From Basidiobolus meristosporus CBS 931.73 (lineage: Eukaryota; Fungi; Basidiobolomycota): a DNA stretch of 64,000 bases. The stretch lies in assembly GCA_002104905.1 (NCBI GenBank), contig MCFE01000494.1, forward strand, positions 1 to 64,000, given 5' to 3'. How positions within the stretch are numbered: the first letter of the stretch is position 1; every line of letters begins with the position of its first letter. Of the stretch, positions 40,484 through 52,783 are shown in pieces. The translations under genes were made by a program, and so were the position numbers. A model generated the notes under the pieces. It was not told the DNA's origin. It ran no database searches and was given only the letters and a program-made list of their open reading frames with translations.

Positions 40484-43400
40484 TTATTGGGTAGCGGCAG
40501 CCACGGCTACAGCATAGCTACCAGAGTGAGAGATGGAAAGCTTGATTTCCTTGAGTCCGGTGCTGTTGACTACCTCCTGGGCTTTGCCAGAGAAGGCGGC
40601 CTTAGGGGCACCACTGTCAGCAGCGGTGATTTCGACCTCCGAAATGTCAATCTTCTCTCCACCAAGGCTGATAATGGCCTTGATGACGGATTCCTTGGCG
40701 GCAAGCTTACCGGCCAAGGAGGCGTTAGGATCGGGCTTGGCGAAGCAGTATTCCAACTCAGCCTTGGAAAGTTTCTTCTCAACTTCTTCCAACTTGAGGC
40801 TGTTGATCAGGACAACGTCTACACCAACCCCTTTTTGGTTACCAGTAAGGGCGACGAGCTGCTTGGTAAGAGCAGGATCGCTGTCGACCTGAGCAGAGGT
40901 GAGGTCGGATTTGGCGAAAGTATAGGTCTTCTTCTTCTCGTCATAGGCAGCGCGGGCCTTGGGGTTCAAGTAGACCTGGGATTCTTGTTCAGGGGTGTAG
41001 GGTGGTTCGTTCTTGACTTGAACCAAACCGGCAACCCCGGCATATGAATCATGCAAGTAGCGGTAAGCCTTGGCCTGACGGTCATGAGTCTTCTGCTTGT
41101 AAGCGTTGTACTCGGACTCGGTCAAGGCAGCAAGAACGTAGTCGGGATGAATCACCAAAACCTCACCACCGACTTGTCCGAAACCGAAGGATTTCAAGAG
41201 ACCAGCCTTGACACCGTCAGTGTAGATGGTGCTGCTGGGGTACAAGAGGTACTCATAGTCCGCAAGCTTCTCATCAACGTTATCGGCGTTACGGTTACCT
41301 GGAATGATACCAGTGCTAAGGACTTGGATGACTCCGTTCAACATCCATGCAGCGGCAGCACCCTTAGGATGGCCAGTAAGGTACTTCTGGAAAATACCAG
41401 GGCAGCAGTTACCAGGAGTACGGCCCAAGTGGGCGAATTGCTTGTTGACGACTTCGGATTCGTTCTTGTCGTTAGCCTTGGTGGAGGTACCGTGGAACGA
41501 GGCAACGCCAATATCGTCCACAGTGAGGCCGAAGCTGGCAAGGGCACCACGGATAGGAGCAATGCGGGCGTCTTGCTTCCAGAAGTCGTTACCCCAGAGA
41601 GTAAGGGCTTCCTTCTCTTGGCGATAAGCTTCACGTTGGATATGCTCAGTACGCTCACTGACGAAATCTTCCTCGGAGACTTCGAGCTCGCCAGAAGCCT
41701 TCTTGGACTCCAGTTCCTCCTGAAGGTACTCAAGTTCTTCCTCGACCCAGAGTTTGATCTGCTTGCGGCGGTTCTTCAATTGTCTAGCACGGTACTTGAT
41801 GTCCAAGAGAGGGGATTCGGTCTTGCCACGAAGCTCACGAGCGGTGGTCAAAACACCCTGTCCAGGGGCAGGAACTGAACGGCCCTCCTTATCAGTAGCA
41901 GTGTTGGTGAGAGCGATGATACCATAGATAGGCACACCCATCTGAACGGCAAGCTTGGCGGACATAAGGATTTGAACACCAGCACCGTGGGACTCCATGA
42001 ATCCGGAACGAGTAGTGGTAGTAGGACGAGACATCTCTCCAGGCTCACGACCACGGGCGAATTCGTCATTGGCATTGCTGGTGGCCTTCATGTTGGCGAA
42101 TTCGTAAGATCCTTCTTCTTGGAAGTCATCATAACCACCAACGATCACGATCTTGGCCTTGCCGCTCATGATGGTCTCAACACCAATTTCCACAGACTGG
42201 ACAGCAGTAGCACAAGCGCCGACTGGAGACTTGATGGGACCAGAGGAGGAGAGCAAAAGCATGTTGATCCAGGCAGGCATGGTGTTGATGAATGTTTCTT
42301 GGAGAATATCCATTTGCACTGGTTTGTCGAGCATACGGTCCTTGTACATCTTCTGAAGGGAGAGGGAACCGCCCATACCGGAGCCGGAGCAGTTACCAAC
42401 TTCGCTGATGTGCACATACTTGTAGAACTCATAAGGATCGGTGATACCAGAGCTGACCAAGGCCTCTACGGTTGACACGAGAACGTAGAGAGTGATGACA
42501 TCAACCTGGTCAATGATCTCCTTGGGGACGCCGTAGCGAGCAGCGTCCCAGCCAGTTGGAATCTGGCCGGCAACCAAGCGATCAAATCGGAGTGCCTTGG
42601 GAACATAAATGGCGGCACCCTTCTTGAAGCTAACGAGCCACTGTCCGGTTTCCTTGACTTCGAAGGCATCCACCTTGTCACCATGCTTTCTCTTGAAGTG
42701 AGCGGCTTCTTCGGGACTGGCCTCAATTGGCTCAAGGTCTTGGTCGATAATGATTTCTTGGAAGAAGGTCTTGTTCTCGGGATCGTAACCGTTGAAGATC
42801 TCAGACTCAATGAGACGGATACCACTGTGCTTGAGGATATCCTTCTCGTACTTGGTCTTGACATCACGGTCATCGACTGGCTCACCAGTCTTCATATCAA
42901 CCCAGCCAGTGTATGGTTTTCCGCTCTTGAGTGGGCCATTATGATGCTTGATGTATCCCATAATCCAGGCCATCTCAATACAACCCTCGAGAGAGAACTC
43001 TCCGAAGGCTTCCATCTCCCATCTAGTTCTAGAGTTACCCCAAGGTCCGACTTCGGCGAATCCGGTGGCAACGATCACCTTCTCCAAATCCAGCATACCT
43101 TGGAGGTGGCTGAGGGACTTGAGTTCAGTGTAGTTCTTGAGCTCGGGGAAATCGATCTTCAAGTTGGCACGAGGCTTGGCAATGTGCGACTTGTAGAACA
43201 ACTCGGCAGATGGACCATGGACGATCTTATGGTCAATCGCATTGTCGGCAACAATGGCCTTGCGAATCTCGGAGGTGTTTCTGATCTCGGTACGGAGGGA
43301 TGCGGAGATCTTGTTGAGGTCCAACACGTACTGGAAACCACCGTTAAGATCGGCCCAGACTGGCCCATTCTCGCTCATCTCGGCGATGGTTGGGTGCATC

Positions 43401-46400
43401 AAGCCAAGAATGTTGAAGGCCATTTCTTGGGTGGAGAAAGTGCGGACTCCATGCTTCTCAATACCCTCAGCAATCATGTTGTTAGCACTCATGAGACCAG
43501 TACCACGGGTCCAGCCAATAATGGCTCCGGTGATGGTCAAGTAGCTTCCCCAGCTTTCGGAATACCATCTGTTGAAGAGAGTCTCGAGGGCAATCTTGGA
43601 TTCGCTGTACAAACCATCGTTACCGAAGGTACCGTGGTTGGGTGAGAGTGGAAGAATGACTTGAGCGGGACGGGTGCTGATTCCGAATTCTTGCTTCTTG
43701 GTCTTGATGTAGCCAAGCATGCGGAGAAGGTTGGTCATCATGATACGATGAGCAAGTTCGGATTTGGAGTCGATGTCGCTGATCTCACGTCCGTTCTCGG
43801 GAATAGCAGCGAATGGAACAATGTAATCAACATCCCAGTTCAATCCCTTGCGCTCATCTCTGTCGTAGATGTAGTCAATAAGAGCTTGGACATCTTGCTT
43901 CGAGCCTTGGTTGAAAGGAACAACAACCAAGCAGGAGTTCTTGGAACCATGACGGCGATAGATGGATTGGTAGTATTCAGTCACACCACGGCTGAATCTG
44001 GAGGTGGTGACGACAACCTTGGCTCCTCCCGAGAGAAGTCCCTTAAGGATCTCAGCACCAATCGAATCCTTACCGCAACCGGTCATCAAGACGGTCTTGT
44101 GCTCGAATGACACTCCTTCCTTGGCAACGTTGAGAAGGACATCGAGGTACAGGTTGGTTAGTCTTTGGTCGAATTCCCAGCCTTGAGCAGTTTGCTTCTT
44201 AAGGTGAAGGAATGGAACGACCTCCTTCTTTCCGGTGTTGGGTCTAGCAGGCTTGCGGTTCTTGTGCTCCTTGTCACTAAGGATCTTGGGGTTCATGCTC
44301 ATGGATCTGATGACATCCTTATAGAGAGACTTCAACACAAGTTTATCCGACTTCTTGACCTTGTTCTGGTGCTTGATGATCTTGTAAACGCGGAGAAGAT
44401 CGTGCTGCACCTTCTCGCGGTTAGAGTACTCGGTGATCTTGCTGCCATTGGTCATCTCCTTGACGTAGTCTGCAAACTTGCGGACATTTGCACGAGGAAC
44501 CTCGTCATAGAGGATGTCACCTCTTTCGTTGACCTTGGTTTGGGGAGCGGTAGGGATGGTAACATCCTTGTAAACTGGAGAAGCGTCAAGAACAGCTTCG
44601 CAGTTCTCCAAGAGGGTAGTGGCCAACTCCTTGGCGAGCTTGTAGGTCTCTCCCTTCTCGGTATCCAAGTTGTCAATATAATATCTCATGAATTTGATCA
44701 ATCCAGGAGTGGCGCGGTTCATGACGTGCAAGCATTGGGCAGTGACATCACGATCGACGGCGGTAAGTCTACCGAAGATGATATCGAAGTAGAGATTCAA
44801 GGCGTCTTGACGAACCCAGTTCCAGTAGGAATCATAGCGACGAGCCTTCAAAGCGCTGAAGACAGGAAGGATACCTTGGGCGTAGACTTCACCGTGCTCT
44901 GCAACCCATTGATCAAGCTCCTGTTGAAGCTGATCAGTGGCAACCTTTTGATTCTCGTAGGCCTTGTCACCAGCACGGAGATCGTGGCCAAGGTATTTGG
45001 CAAATGCCTCAAGCTGCTTTCTGATCAAAGCATTTTGCTTGGCTTGAAGAGCATCAAACTCAGCACTGTTCATCACAGCGCCAACAGCAACGGGGCCAGC
45101 AGCAGCTCCGCCACTAGAACCAAGTGAGATACCAGTTCTCTTGGCGTACAGTTGGGCTACACTATCCAACCATGCGTTGGCTTCGGCCTCTGAGCCAAGT
45201 CGAGAAGCAGGTTCCATAGTCAAACCGTAAAGCAAAACAGCCTCAGTACGACCACTGCCAAGACCATAGTTGGTAGACAAATAGGAACGGGCATTGGTCA
45301 AGGTAAATCCTCCAGGCATCTTGCTGGAGATCATCTTGGAAACGAGAGCAGAGGTATGTTTACCGAGAGTACCAGAGAATCCATTGCCCAAGTTCTTGCC
45401 GAGCTCCTCGAGAGTGGTCTCCTCAGACTTCTCAGGAACGGTTCCGAACTCCTTCTGCATGTCACCCAAAATCTCGTTTTGGAGAGTGGACTTGCCACCG
45501 ACCAGATCCTTGACAGCCTTAGAAAGTGGCACCTCATCAAGGCTCTTCTTCAATTTTTGAGCAATGATAACGTGAAGGACTTCAGTGGCAGAAACGTTGG
45601 CATCAGGGACAGCAGCGGCAGGTCCGGCAGCAGTTGGGGCAGCAAATGCAACGGCAGCGGGGCCTGCAGCAGGTGCAGCAGCTCCCAAGGCAATTCCGTT
45701 CTTCTTGGCATAACCTTGAGCAACGGTATCCAACCAGCTCTTAGCATCAGCCTCAGATCCAAGGCGAGAAGCGGGCTCGATAGTCAAACCGAACAAAAGA
45801 GCACCATCAGTACGGCCGCTACCCAAACCGTGAGCAGAGCTCAAGTAAGTCTTAGCATTGGTGAGGGTGAAACCTCCGGGCATCTTGCTGGACATCATTT
45901 TGGAAATAAGAGTAGAGGTATGTTTGCCAAGAGCACCGGAGAATCCATTGCCCAAGTTCTTGCCGAGCTCCTCGAGAGTGGTCTCCTCAGACTTCTCGGG
46001 AACGGTTCCGAACTCCTTTTGCAAGTCACCCAAAATCTCGTTTTGGAGAGTAGATTTACCACCGACCAGATCCTTCACAGCCTTAGAAAGTGGCACCTCA
46101 TCAAGGGTCTTCTTGAGCTTTTGAGCAATGATAACATGAAGGACCTCGGTTGCTGTGATAGGAGCATCGGCAACGGCAGAGGCAGGTCCGCTTGCAACTG
46201 GGGCAGGCGCGGCAGCAGCAACCGGAGCAGGAGCAGCAACAGCGGCGGCGGCTGGCTTAGGAGCCTCAGCAGGGGCAGCTGGAGCTTCATCCTCAAAGGA
46301 ATAGTAGATCTCCTTCTCATGCTTAATATAGCACAAGTTGGTACGACGGTGAGTAAGAGCGTCATCGTAAGCTTGATACTTCGATTTCAAAGTTCTCTCA

Positions 46401-49400
46401 GCCATGCCAACCAACACAGGGCCAGGACCGACTTCGATCAGACGCTCAACTCCAAAGTCCTTGAAGATCTTGTCTTGGGTCTCAATCCAACGCACAGGGG
46501 AAGCGAATTGGTAGGCCAACAACTCAAGCATGAGGGTGTAACCAAGCTTCTGTTGTTGGGCTGGTGAAGCAACGCTCTCTTCAGTCCAGTTCTTGAGGAC
46601 CTTGTTGATTCTGGGACTGTTGGTGATAGCAAGGACATTTTCGAAGTACTCCTTGGTAACTTCGAATGGCTCAGCAGTCAAGTTAGGAATGTACTTGTGA
46701 GTAAGGACGTTAACGTCGACATCACTTTGACTGATCTTCTTGGCAATGTAGGCACGGAAAGGAGTGACACCGCCAAGCAAGAATGATGAATGGAAAGGCA
46801 CATCAATACCCTTCAAAGGAATGGTAGCATAACCTCTCTCAAGGTTGATAAAGCCATCCTTAGCGAGCTTAGCGGCAGCCTTGTCCAGAGCCTTGGCAAT
46901 AATTGAAGAGAGTTGCTCCTTAACTGCCTCCATAGGCATGGTCTTCAACAAGTTTTGGAGATCAATGTTTTGAATCTTCAAGAAGTTCAAGACGTTGGCG
47001 AGGGCATCAAGGTTGCTAAGCTCACCAGATACAACGTATTGTTGATTCTCAACGTTGAAGTTGACAATCTCCAAGAGACCGTTGCTTTGATGAGCAATGG
47101 CGTCAACAACATATCTCAAGGCGATGTCATCGAAGGTCTTGCCAATACGGCTAGGGTTGACGGCGCACATACCATAGTTGGAACGGCCATGGGCATCACG
47201 TTCTACGGCGACTTGCATAGTCATACCACGGTAGAACACAACATCAACCAAACTCTCAATAGCCAACACGTTACCAATGGAGGCAAGGGCAGCATACTCA
47301 CCAAGAGAGTGACCAGCGAATACGCAGTCGTTCTGAACAAGTCCCTTGGAGACCATATCCTCAAAGGCAGCCTTCTCCATTAAGGTGAGTGCTGGCTGAG
47401 TGAACTGAGTAGCAGACAACAAACCAGTAGGAGAGGTGAAGGTATAAGAAGCGGTCTTCTCGGTAATACCAGGGAAGAGAGGAAGAGCCTTGGTATTTCC
47501 ATCTTGATCAATGGTATCGTAGGTCATGCTCATGTAGTTTTTACGGATGACCTTACCCTTCTCACCACCGAAGTAGATGGTCTTCTCCTTGGGGTTGTTG
47601 CGGACAATGTCGATGATAGAGAATCCGTAGTTGATCAAGAAGTGCTGGTCAGCAGAGTCCCAGATTCTCTTGGCAACAGGTGAACTGGCGTACAAGGCCA
47701 TACCCATACCTTGCTCTTGAGAACCTTGACCAGTGAAGACGTACGCAGTGACTGGTTGATCAATCTCGGCGGTACCCTCAATGACCTTGACGTTGTTCTG
47801 GTTAACAGTCTCGACCTTGATGATCTTCTTTCCGTTCTTCATTCCGATATGGGAAAGCTTGGTCTCAAGACGATCGTTAGGAAGAACCATTGATTGGAAG
47901 TTCACATCGTAAGCAGTGACACGTTGTGGAGAGTTGTCAGCAGCAAAGATCTCCACGAACTTCTTGGTAGAAGCACTGGTCCACATCCCATGGGTAATGG
48001 TTCCGGGAAGTTCAGCGAAATCGGCGAAGTATGGGTTGACGTGGATGGGATTGTAGTCACCAGAAACAACGGCATAAGCCTCGTTGGAGGCAGGGGAGTT
48101 GAAAACGGACGAGAACTCGTCACCTTGTGGCATTACAGAGTATCCACCGTTGGCGAAGTTGATAGCCTGCTCAATAGGCTGTCCAACACGCTTGAGATAC
48201 TCGGTAACTGGGTTGCCATGAGATTCGCCGCTTTCGTAGTCGACAGTGGCGATTTGAACAACCTCCTTGGTGGAGATCTTCATGGTGACGGTACCAGTGG
48301 TGGTGACCGAGGAGTACAAAGTCTGGTTCTTGAACTTCAACAAGCTGTTCAGGCGGAAGATGATCTCGGCACCAGGAGTGAGCTCGGGAGCGTTTTCCTC
48401 CCAGTTCATCCATTCCTTGGATTTCAAGACTGCGATATCCTTCTCGGTCTGGACGGCTACGCGTACAGGGGTCTCAACAATCTTCTGGAAGGTATTTTCG
48501 TAATCGGTGAATTTACCGCGGTACAAAAACTTGCTGGTAACTTCCATGATAGGCTTGTTATCACGAATGACAACCCCCTTGGCCTCAACCATCTTTCCGG
48601 ATTCGGTATTTACGATGGCCTCGATCTCGGAAACAGTGTCAACAATGTCACCACGCTGCAACAGAGAAGCTCCGTCGATCAACCTGAATCCGTTGGAAAG
48701 GTGAACCAATCTGAGAAGGTCACCGTCGACAATCTTAGGGAAGATAGTCTTAATGATAGACTTCCAACCAACAACGATGGCGAAATCCACAGGGGCGCAA
48801 AGGACCTTTTGGCCACGGTCAACATAGAGCTCGGCTTGATTACCTACGGTTTGGCAGAATTTGGTGATTTCGTGTCCAAGGACCTGTTCGTCTTTGGCAA
48901 CGAACTTCTGGTTGGGGTCATTGGAAAGATCAAGGTGAGAGCCTTGACCGAACCACAAGGCCCAGTAGAACTCCTTGATGCGGTCATTGCGGCCCTCCAT
49001 GACTTCATGGATGGTGGAATAACCTTGGTTGGGGTTGTAAACAAACTTGGACAAGAATGGAATAGCAACGCCATCCTTCTGCTCATAGATAATGACGTCG
49101 ATAACGTCGCCATTGATCTTGGCTTCGATGGAAACGGATGAAGCAGTCTCAAGATGAGATGATTGACTCCAAGAGCGTTTATCCGATACAGTGATGCTCT
49201 CGACCACCTCGTTGGCGCCAAATCGGACTTCGACCTTCTGTTCTAGACGAGGGCGGAACACTTTCTTCATCAAGTTGTCCACGAACATCTTATCTTGGAT
49301 GATGTAGTTCGAGGTCAACAAAGCTCTAGCCCAACCATACTTGGGACCAGCAATGAGTTCGAGCCACTCCTCGACTGGTGGGAGGGCACCATTGTCTGAG

Positions 49401-52400
49401 GTTTCGAAGATTCTGACGTTATCCTTGAGGGTAATCTTGACATCCTTAAGGGCAGAAGGAGTACGAATTGGGCTTCCTCCGAGGTATTCAACTTCAGGAA
49501 TCAGGGAATCATCGTTACCATAATAACGTTCCTTCAAGGCGTTGATGTGACCCTCATGGATGCTATCCAACATGTCCTTGATAGGCTCGTTAACCTTGGT
49601 AGAGTAACGAACAGCAACTGGACCTTGCAAGATACAAGTACGTTGGACATCTTCATCCAAGACGGCACTCAAATCTTCAGTCTGCCAGAGGGAATCCTTC
49701 TTGAACCAGAACTCGATGTTGTTGTCAAAGACAGGGATGAATGGTACAGGCTTCTGTCCAAGACGAAGGCAAAGGCTGATGAAGTATTGGGCATCTTCGG
49801 TAGTCAATTGTTGGTCGAATGCCTTGGGGTAGTGGGCAAGGAACTTCTCGACGGTCTCCAATGGACTCTCGAGCTCCTTGAAGGATTGCAACTTGGAAGG
49901 TTGCTCCTTGGCGATGAATCTCTCTTCGAGACGACGAATGAAATCACCGACGAGAGCAATCAAGCTGACATCAACCCATCTAGACTCCTTCTTGACGTAA
50001 AGCAGCTCGACCAAACGGTTGACAACCTCGGAGTAGGTCATCTCCTCCAGGTCACAGGTAGAACCATCGGCCTTCTTACCGAACCAAGGCTTCTGGAAGT
50101 CAGCATTGAGGCGACGGATGTAATAATCCTTCTTGGCAAGGAGGGCAGGTCCTCGCTTCTCCTTGGCAAGACTGAAGATCTTGTCGTCCATTTCCTTCCA
50201 GAAACGAACGGCACGGGTTGCAACCTTGTGGATAGGCTCACCCAATTCGGAACGAACGGTCATAATACCACCAGCTTCGCCCTTGTAGGTCTCCTCCCAT
50301 TGATGATCTTCGACACCTGGAGCGTCAACAATAGCTTGCTTAACGTCAACTGCGGCTTGACCTTCAGCGGCAACCATCACTCTGGAGCCAAGAAGAACAC
50401 CATCGAACGGCATAGGAGGATAACCGAACTCGGTACTCCATTCTCCGGTAATGTATGGCAAGGTGTCATCGGCACCACCGAAACCGGAACCAGCAATCAG
50501 GATGATGTTTGGTTGCTGACGAACCGCGGAGTAGGTTTCCAACATAGGCTGATGAGCATCTTCGAAACTGTGATGACCACCAGCACGGCCACCAGTCCAT
50601 TGCATCAAGATGGGCATATCAGGGTTGGCGGCAGCGATGGCAAGCACCTGTCTGATAGCAGCAGTGGCTCCTGGCTTGAATGAGATGTGACGAAGTCCCG
50701 CTTCTCTAAGATTAGCAATGATTTCATTGGCGTTATCCAAAGAGGGAACTCCGGCAGCACAACAAATTCCCTCAATAGGTAATCCCTCTCGGCGCATCGC
50801 CTGAACGGTAGGGTATTGGAATCCCCACTGGAATGGATTCAAGAAAAGCATGTTGATACTGATGCCCTCACCAGGCTTGGTCATGTCCATAATGCTCTTG
50901 ACCTTTCCGCGGAGATGTTCGGGGCTGAAGTGACCACCACCAGCTAACTCGATATGGTAACCAGCATTGATGGTGGCACCAACAAACTTCTCGCTGACGG
51001 TGGAAGGTGTCATACCAGGAACCATGATAGGGGGCTTACCAAGGAATCTGCTCATTCTAGTATCTACATATACACGTCCGTTGGAAGAAGTCCGGACCAA
51101 ACGAGGTTGGAAATCCTTGGCCCAGTTTTGAGCATAGCGGACGGCCGATTTTTCGGAGTCAAACAAATCACCCTTGTAAGAGAGTTCGGGGTTACCACCC
51201 TCGAGAGTGCCAGCCAAAATGATTCTTACACCAGTGCCTTCCTTGTTTCTGTGTGTAAGACCACCGATACCGGAAGTGGCACCGGGTCCGAAATCAAGAA
51301 TGTGAGTAACCGAGGCGTTGGTAGCGGCTTCCCATTGGACGGGAAGAGAGCAGATTTGATCAATCAAATCCAATGTAAGTCTTTCACTCTCACGAAGATC
51401 CTTTCCAGAATCGGTAGAGTAGACAGGTACAGTAAGAGACTTGGCATCAAACTCCAGATCGTACTTCTGAACATCCTGAGCCAAGATTTCGGAAGCGCCT
51501 TGGAGGTAGCTGCTGTGGAACGGAGCGGTAATGGGTAGGAAACGAGAGGAGAACTTCACCTTACGTTGAGAGTGAGGTACACGTCCCTGGTCCAAACCAG
51601 CAGGAGCCTTGATCTTGCGAAGGGCCAAATTCAAGCCATACAAACTTTGGGGGTGTCCGGTACATACAAAGTTTCTAGGTCCGTTGGTTAGTGTCAACTT
51701 GATCTGGCGCTCTTCGGGCAAGTGAGAGTTGGTGGCGTCAACGTATTTAAGAACCTCCTCCTTGCGCAATCCAGTGACGGACAACATAGGAGTGGGATTG
51801 CCCTCGTTGTTAGAAAGGGAATCTTGCAAGATGGTGGGGTTCAGAGTAGTGGGAGGATACACTTGGTGGGCACGAGTACCAATCCAGAAGAGCAAGCCAA
51901 GTGCCTTCTTGCTGTTGAGGATAAACTCCTCATCAGTGGCGGAGGCGGATATGGCAACAGCAGAAATAATACCCTGGCTGTGACCAGTGGCCCCAGAAAT
52001 AAGGCTTCTGACTTGGCCAGGCGCCAGGTCAAGCACCTTGGCCATGATATGGTAGTGAAGCAACTGTGTCAATCCAATAAGAGGAAGACTGACAGGAGCA
52101 GAAATCAAGTAAGCTTGATCGGGCTTGGATTCGGGGTTTTCTAACCAGCGAAGAACGTCCAAACCCTTGGTATGAATAATACGAGCCTCGTCATCGTTGG
52201 CGAGGTTACGAAGGACACCAGCCACTTGTTGAACATATGGTCTGGCAAAGCCCTCGTAAGTAACAAAAATGTCATAAAGCTCATCGAAGTACTCTTCGAT
52301 ATTGCCTTGACCACCAAAGATGGCGAAAAGAGAAGCATGCTTGTCTTCAACGGCAGACACTAAAGCAGATTTGGGGGCAATGCTGCCCTCGAGAAGACCT

Positions 52401-52783
52401 TGCTCCTTCAGCAGAACATAGGCTTCGAAGTAAGCCTTAATAACAGCAATTCTAGCTTCATTGACAAGGCTTCTGGTGACGGCGTGGACATCGTTGGACT
52501 TCAAATACTGCTCTCTGAAGTGAGAGAAGAGGATTTGAATGACTGGGAGGAGTTGCAAGTTTTCATCCTTCTTGTTGTTTTCGATAGCGTAGCTTAGAAA
52601 CTTGGCAGCTAGCTCTATCTTCGTAAGCTCTTCGGAAGCAGGATCGGCTGGCTTGTAGGAGGATTGAAAATCCTCACGAATTTGTTCAGCTGACACCCAG
52701 ATATCGTTGGGAATAAGGATGGTGATCTCAGTTTTGCCGAACTTGACAGCCAAAGGACGAAGAGAAGCGTTGGAAGCGACCAT
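40484..52783 (-). CDS. FAS1/FAS2: Single-chain fungal type I fatty-acid synthase (AT-ER-DH-MPT-ACP-ACP-KR-KS-PPT), 4099 aa from the first ATG, intronless
   Basis: AT GHSQG; [11 protein letters not shown]; [11 protein letters not shown]; MPT GHSLGEY; two ACPs GGKSTLQN; [11 protein letters not shown] and YSESK; [20 protein letters not shown]; C-terminal AcpS-like domain. No stop between the beta and alpha halves. Confidence 0.97.
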   Translation of the reverse strand: MVASNASLRPLAVKFGKTEITILIPNDIWVSAEQIREDFQSSYKPADPASEELTKIELAAKFLSYAIENNKKDENLQLLPVIQILFSHFREQYLKSNDVHAVTRSLVNEARIAVIKAYFEAYVLLKEQGLLEGSIAPKSALVSAVEDKHASLFAIFGGQGNIEEYFDELYDIFVTYEGFARPYVQQVAGVLRNLANDDEARIIHTKGLDVLRWLENPESKPDQAYLISAPVSLPLIGLTQLLHYHIMAKVLDLAPGQVRSLISGATGHSQGIISAVAISASATDEEFILNSKKALGLLFWIGTRAHQVYPPTTLNPTILQDSLSNNEGNPTPMLSVTGLRKEEVLKYVDATNSHLPEERQIKLTLTNGPRNFVCTGHPQSLYGLNLALRKIKAPAGLDQGRVPHSQRKVKFSSRFLPITAPFHSSYLQGASEILAQDVQKYDLEFDAKSLTVPVYSTDSGKDLRESERLTLDLIDQICSLPVQWEAATNASVTHILDFGPGATSGIGGLTHRNKEGTGVRIILAGTLEGGNPELSYKGDLFDSEKSAVRYAQNWAKDFQPRLVRTSSNGRVYVDTRMSRFLGKPPIMVPGMTPSTVSEKFVGATINAGYHIELAGGGHFSPEHLRGKVKSIMDMTKPGEGISINMLFLNPFQWGFQYPTVQAMRREGLPIEGICCAAGVPSLDNANEIIANLREAGLRHISFKPGATAAIRQVLAIAAANPDMPILMQWTGGRAGGHHSFEDAHQPMLETYSAVRQQPNIILIAGSGFGGADDTLPYITGEWSTEFGYPPMPFDGVLLGSRVMVAAEGQAAVDVKQAIVDAPGVEDHQWEETYKGEAGGIMTVRSELGEPIHKVATRAVRFWKEMDDKIFSLAKEKRGPALLAKKDYYIRRLNADFQKPWFGKKADGSTCDLEEMTYSEVVNRLVELLYVKKESRWVDVSLIALVGDFIRRLEERFIAKEQPSKLQSFKELESPLETVEKFLAHYPKAFDQQLTTEDAQYFISLCLRLGQKPVPFIPVFDNNIEFWFKKDSLWQTEDLSAVLDEDVQRTCILQGPVAVRYSTKVNEPIKDMLDSIHEGHINALKERYYGNDDSLIPEVEYLGGSPIRTPSALKDVKITLKDNVRIFETSDNGALPPVEEWLELIAGPKYGWARALLTSNYIIQDKMFVDNLMKKVFRPRLEQKVEVRFGANEVVESITVSDKRSWSQSSHLETASSVSIEAKINGDVIDVIIYEQKDGVAIPFLSKFVYNPNQGYSTIHEVMEGRNDRIKEFYWALWFGQGSHLDLSNDPNQKFVAKDEQVLGHEITKFCQTVGNQAELYVDRGQKVLCAPVDFAIVVGWKSIIKTIFPKIVDGDLLRLVHLSNGFRLIDGASLLQRGDIVDTVSEIEAIVNTESGKMVEAKGVVIRDNKPIMEVTSKFLYRGKFTDYENTFQKIVETPVRVAVQTEKDIAVLKSKEWMNWEENAPELTPGAEIIFRLNSLLKFKNQTLYSSVTTTGTVTMKISTKEVVQIATVDYESGESHGNPVTEYLKRVGQPIEQAINFANGGYSVMPQGDEFSSVFNSPASNEAYAVVSGDYNPIHVNPYFADFAELPGTITHGMWTSASTKKFVEIFAADNSPQRVTAYDVNFQSMVLPNDRLETKLSHIGMKNGKKIIKVETVNQNNVKVIEGTAEIDQPVTAYVFTGQGSQEQGMGMALYASSPVAKRIWDSADQHFLINYGFSIIDIVRNNPKEKTIYFGGEKGKVIRKNYMSMTYDTIDQDGNTKALPLFPGITEKTASYTFTSPTGLLSATQFTQPALTLMEKAAFEDMVSKGLVQNDCVFAGHSLGEYAALASIGNVLAIESLVDVVFYRGMTMQVAVERDAHGRSNYGMCAVNPSRIGKTFDDIALRYVVDAIAHQSNGLLEIVNFNVENQQYVVSGELSNLDALANVLNFLKIQNIDLQNLLKTMPMEAVKEQLSSIIAKALDKAAAKLAKDGFINLERGYATIPLKGIDVPFHSSFLLGGVTPFRAYIAKKISQSDVDVNVLTHKYIPNLTAEPFEVTKEYFENVLAITNSPRINKVLKNWTEESVASPAQQQKLGYTLMLELLAYQFASPVRWIETQDKIFKDFGVERLIEVGPGPVLVGMAERTLKSKYQAYDDALTHRRTNLCYIKHEKEIYYSFEDEAPAAPAEAPKPAAAAVAAPAPVAAAAPAPVASGPASAVADAPITATEVLHVIIAQKLKKTLDEVPLSKAVKDLVGGKSTLQNEILGDLQKEFGTVPEKSEETTLEELGKNLGNGFSGALGKHTSTLISKMMSSKMPGGFTLTNAKTYLSSAHGLGSGRTDGALLFGLTIEPASRLGSEADAKSWLDTVAQGYAKKNGIALGAAAPAAGPAAVAFAAPTAAGPAAAVPDANVSATEVLHVIIAQKLKKSLDEVPLSKAVKDLVGGKSTLQNEILGDMQKEFGTVPEKSEETTLEELGKNLGNGFSGTLGKHTSALVSKMISSKMPGGFTLTNARSYLSTNYGLGSGRTEAVLLYGLTMEPASRLGSEAEANAWLDSVAQLYAKRTGISLGSSGGAAAGPVAVGAVMNSAEFDALQAKQNALIRKQLEAFAKYLGHDLRAGDKAYENQKVATDQLQQELDQWVAEHGEVYAQGILPVFSALKARRYDSYWNWVRQDALNLYFDIIFGRLTAVDRDVTAQCLHVMNRATPGLIKFMRYYIDNLDTEKGETYKLAKELATTLLENCEAVLDASPVYKDVTIPTAPQTKVNERGDILYDEVPRANVRKFADYVKEMTNGSKITEYSNREKVQHDLLRVYKIIKHQNKVKKSDKLVLKSLYKDVIRSMSMNPKILSDKEHKNRKPARPNTGKKEVVPFLHLKKQTAQGWEFDQRLTNLYLDVLLNVAKEGVSFEHKTVLMTGCGKDSIGAEILKGLLSGGAKVVVTTSRFSRGVTEYYQSIYRRHGSKNSCLVVVPFNQGSKQDVQALIDYIYDRDERKGLNWDVDYIVPFAAIPENGREISDIDSKSELAHRIMMTNLLRMLGYIKTKKQEFGISTRPAQVILPLSPNHGTFGNDGLYSESKIALETLFNRWYSESWGSYLTITGAIIGWTRGTGLMSANNMIAEGIEKHGVRTFSTQEMAFNILGLMHPTIAEMSENGPVWADLNGGFQYVLDLNKISASLRTEIRNTSEIRKAIVADNAIDHKIVHGPSAELFYKSHIAKPRANLKIDFPELKNYTELKSLSHLQGMLDLEKVIVATGFAEVGPWGNSRTRWEMEAFGEFSLEGCIEMAWIMGYIKHHNGPLKSGKPYTGWVDMKTGEPVDDRDVKTKYEKDILKHSGIRLIESEIFNGYDPENKTFFQEIIIDQDLEPIEASPEEAAHFKRKHGDKVDAFEVKETGQWLVSFKKGAAIYVPKALRFDRLVAGQIPTGWDAARYGVPKEIIDQVDVITLYVLVSTVEALVSSGITDPYEFYKYVHISEVGNCSGSGMGGSLSLQKMYKDRMLDKPVQMDILQETFINTMPAWINMLLLSSSGPIKSPVGACATAVQSVEIGVETIMSGKAKIVIVGGYDDFQEEGSYEFANMKATSNANDEFARGREPGEMSRPTTTTRSGFMESHGAGVQILMSAKLAVQMGVPIYGIIALTNTATDKEGRSVPAPGQGVLTTARELRGKTESPLLDIKYRARQLKNRRKQIKLWVEEELEYLQEELESKKASGELEVSEEDFVSERTEHIQREAYRQEKEALTLWGNDFWKQDARIAPIRGALASFGLTVDDIGVASFHGTSTKANDKNESEVVNKQFAHLGRTPGNCCPGIFQKYLTGHPKGAAAAWMLNGVIQVLSTGIIPGNRNADNVDEKLADYEYLLYPSSTIYTDGVKAGLLKSFGFGQVGGEVLVIHPDYVLAALTESEYNAYKQKTHDRQAKAYRYLHDSYAGVAGLVQVKNEPPYTPEQESQVYLNPKARAAYDEKKKTYTFAKSDLTSAQVDSDPALTKQLVALTGNQKGVGVDVVLINSLKLEEVEKKLSKAELEYCFAKPDPNASLAGKLAAKESVIKAIISLGGEKIDISEVEITAADSGAPKAAFSGKAQEVVNSTGLKEIKLSISHSGSYAVAVAAATQ

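Noticed and set aside
40466-52597. Many long + strand ORFs (up to 415 aa) over the FAS gene, and similar antisense ORFs over the ABC, ArfGAP and SulP genes
   Set aside because: Antisense shadow frames of codon-biased genes; no motifs.
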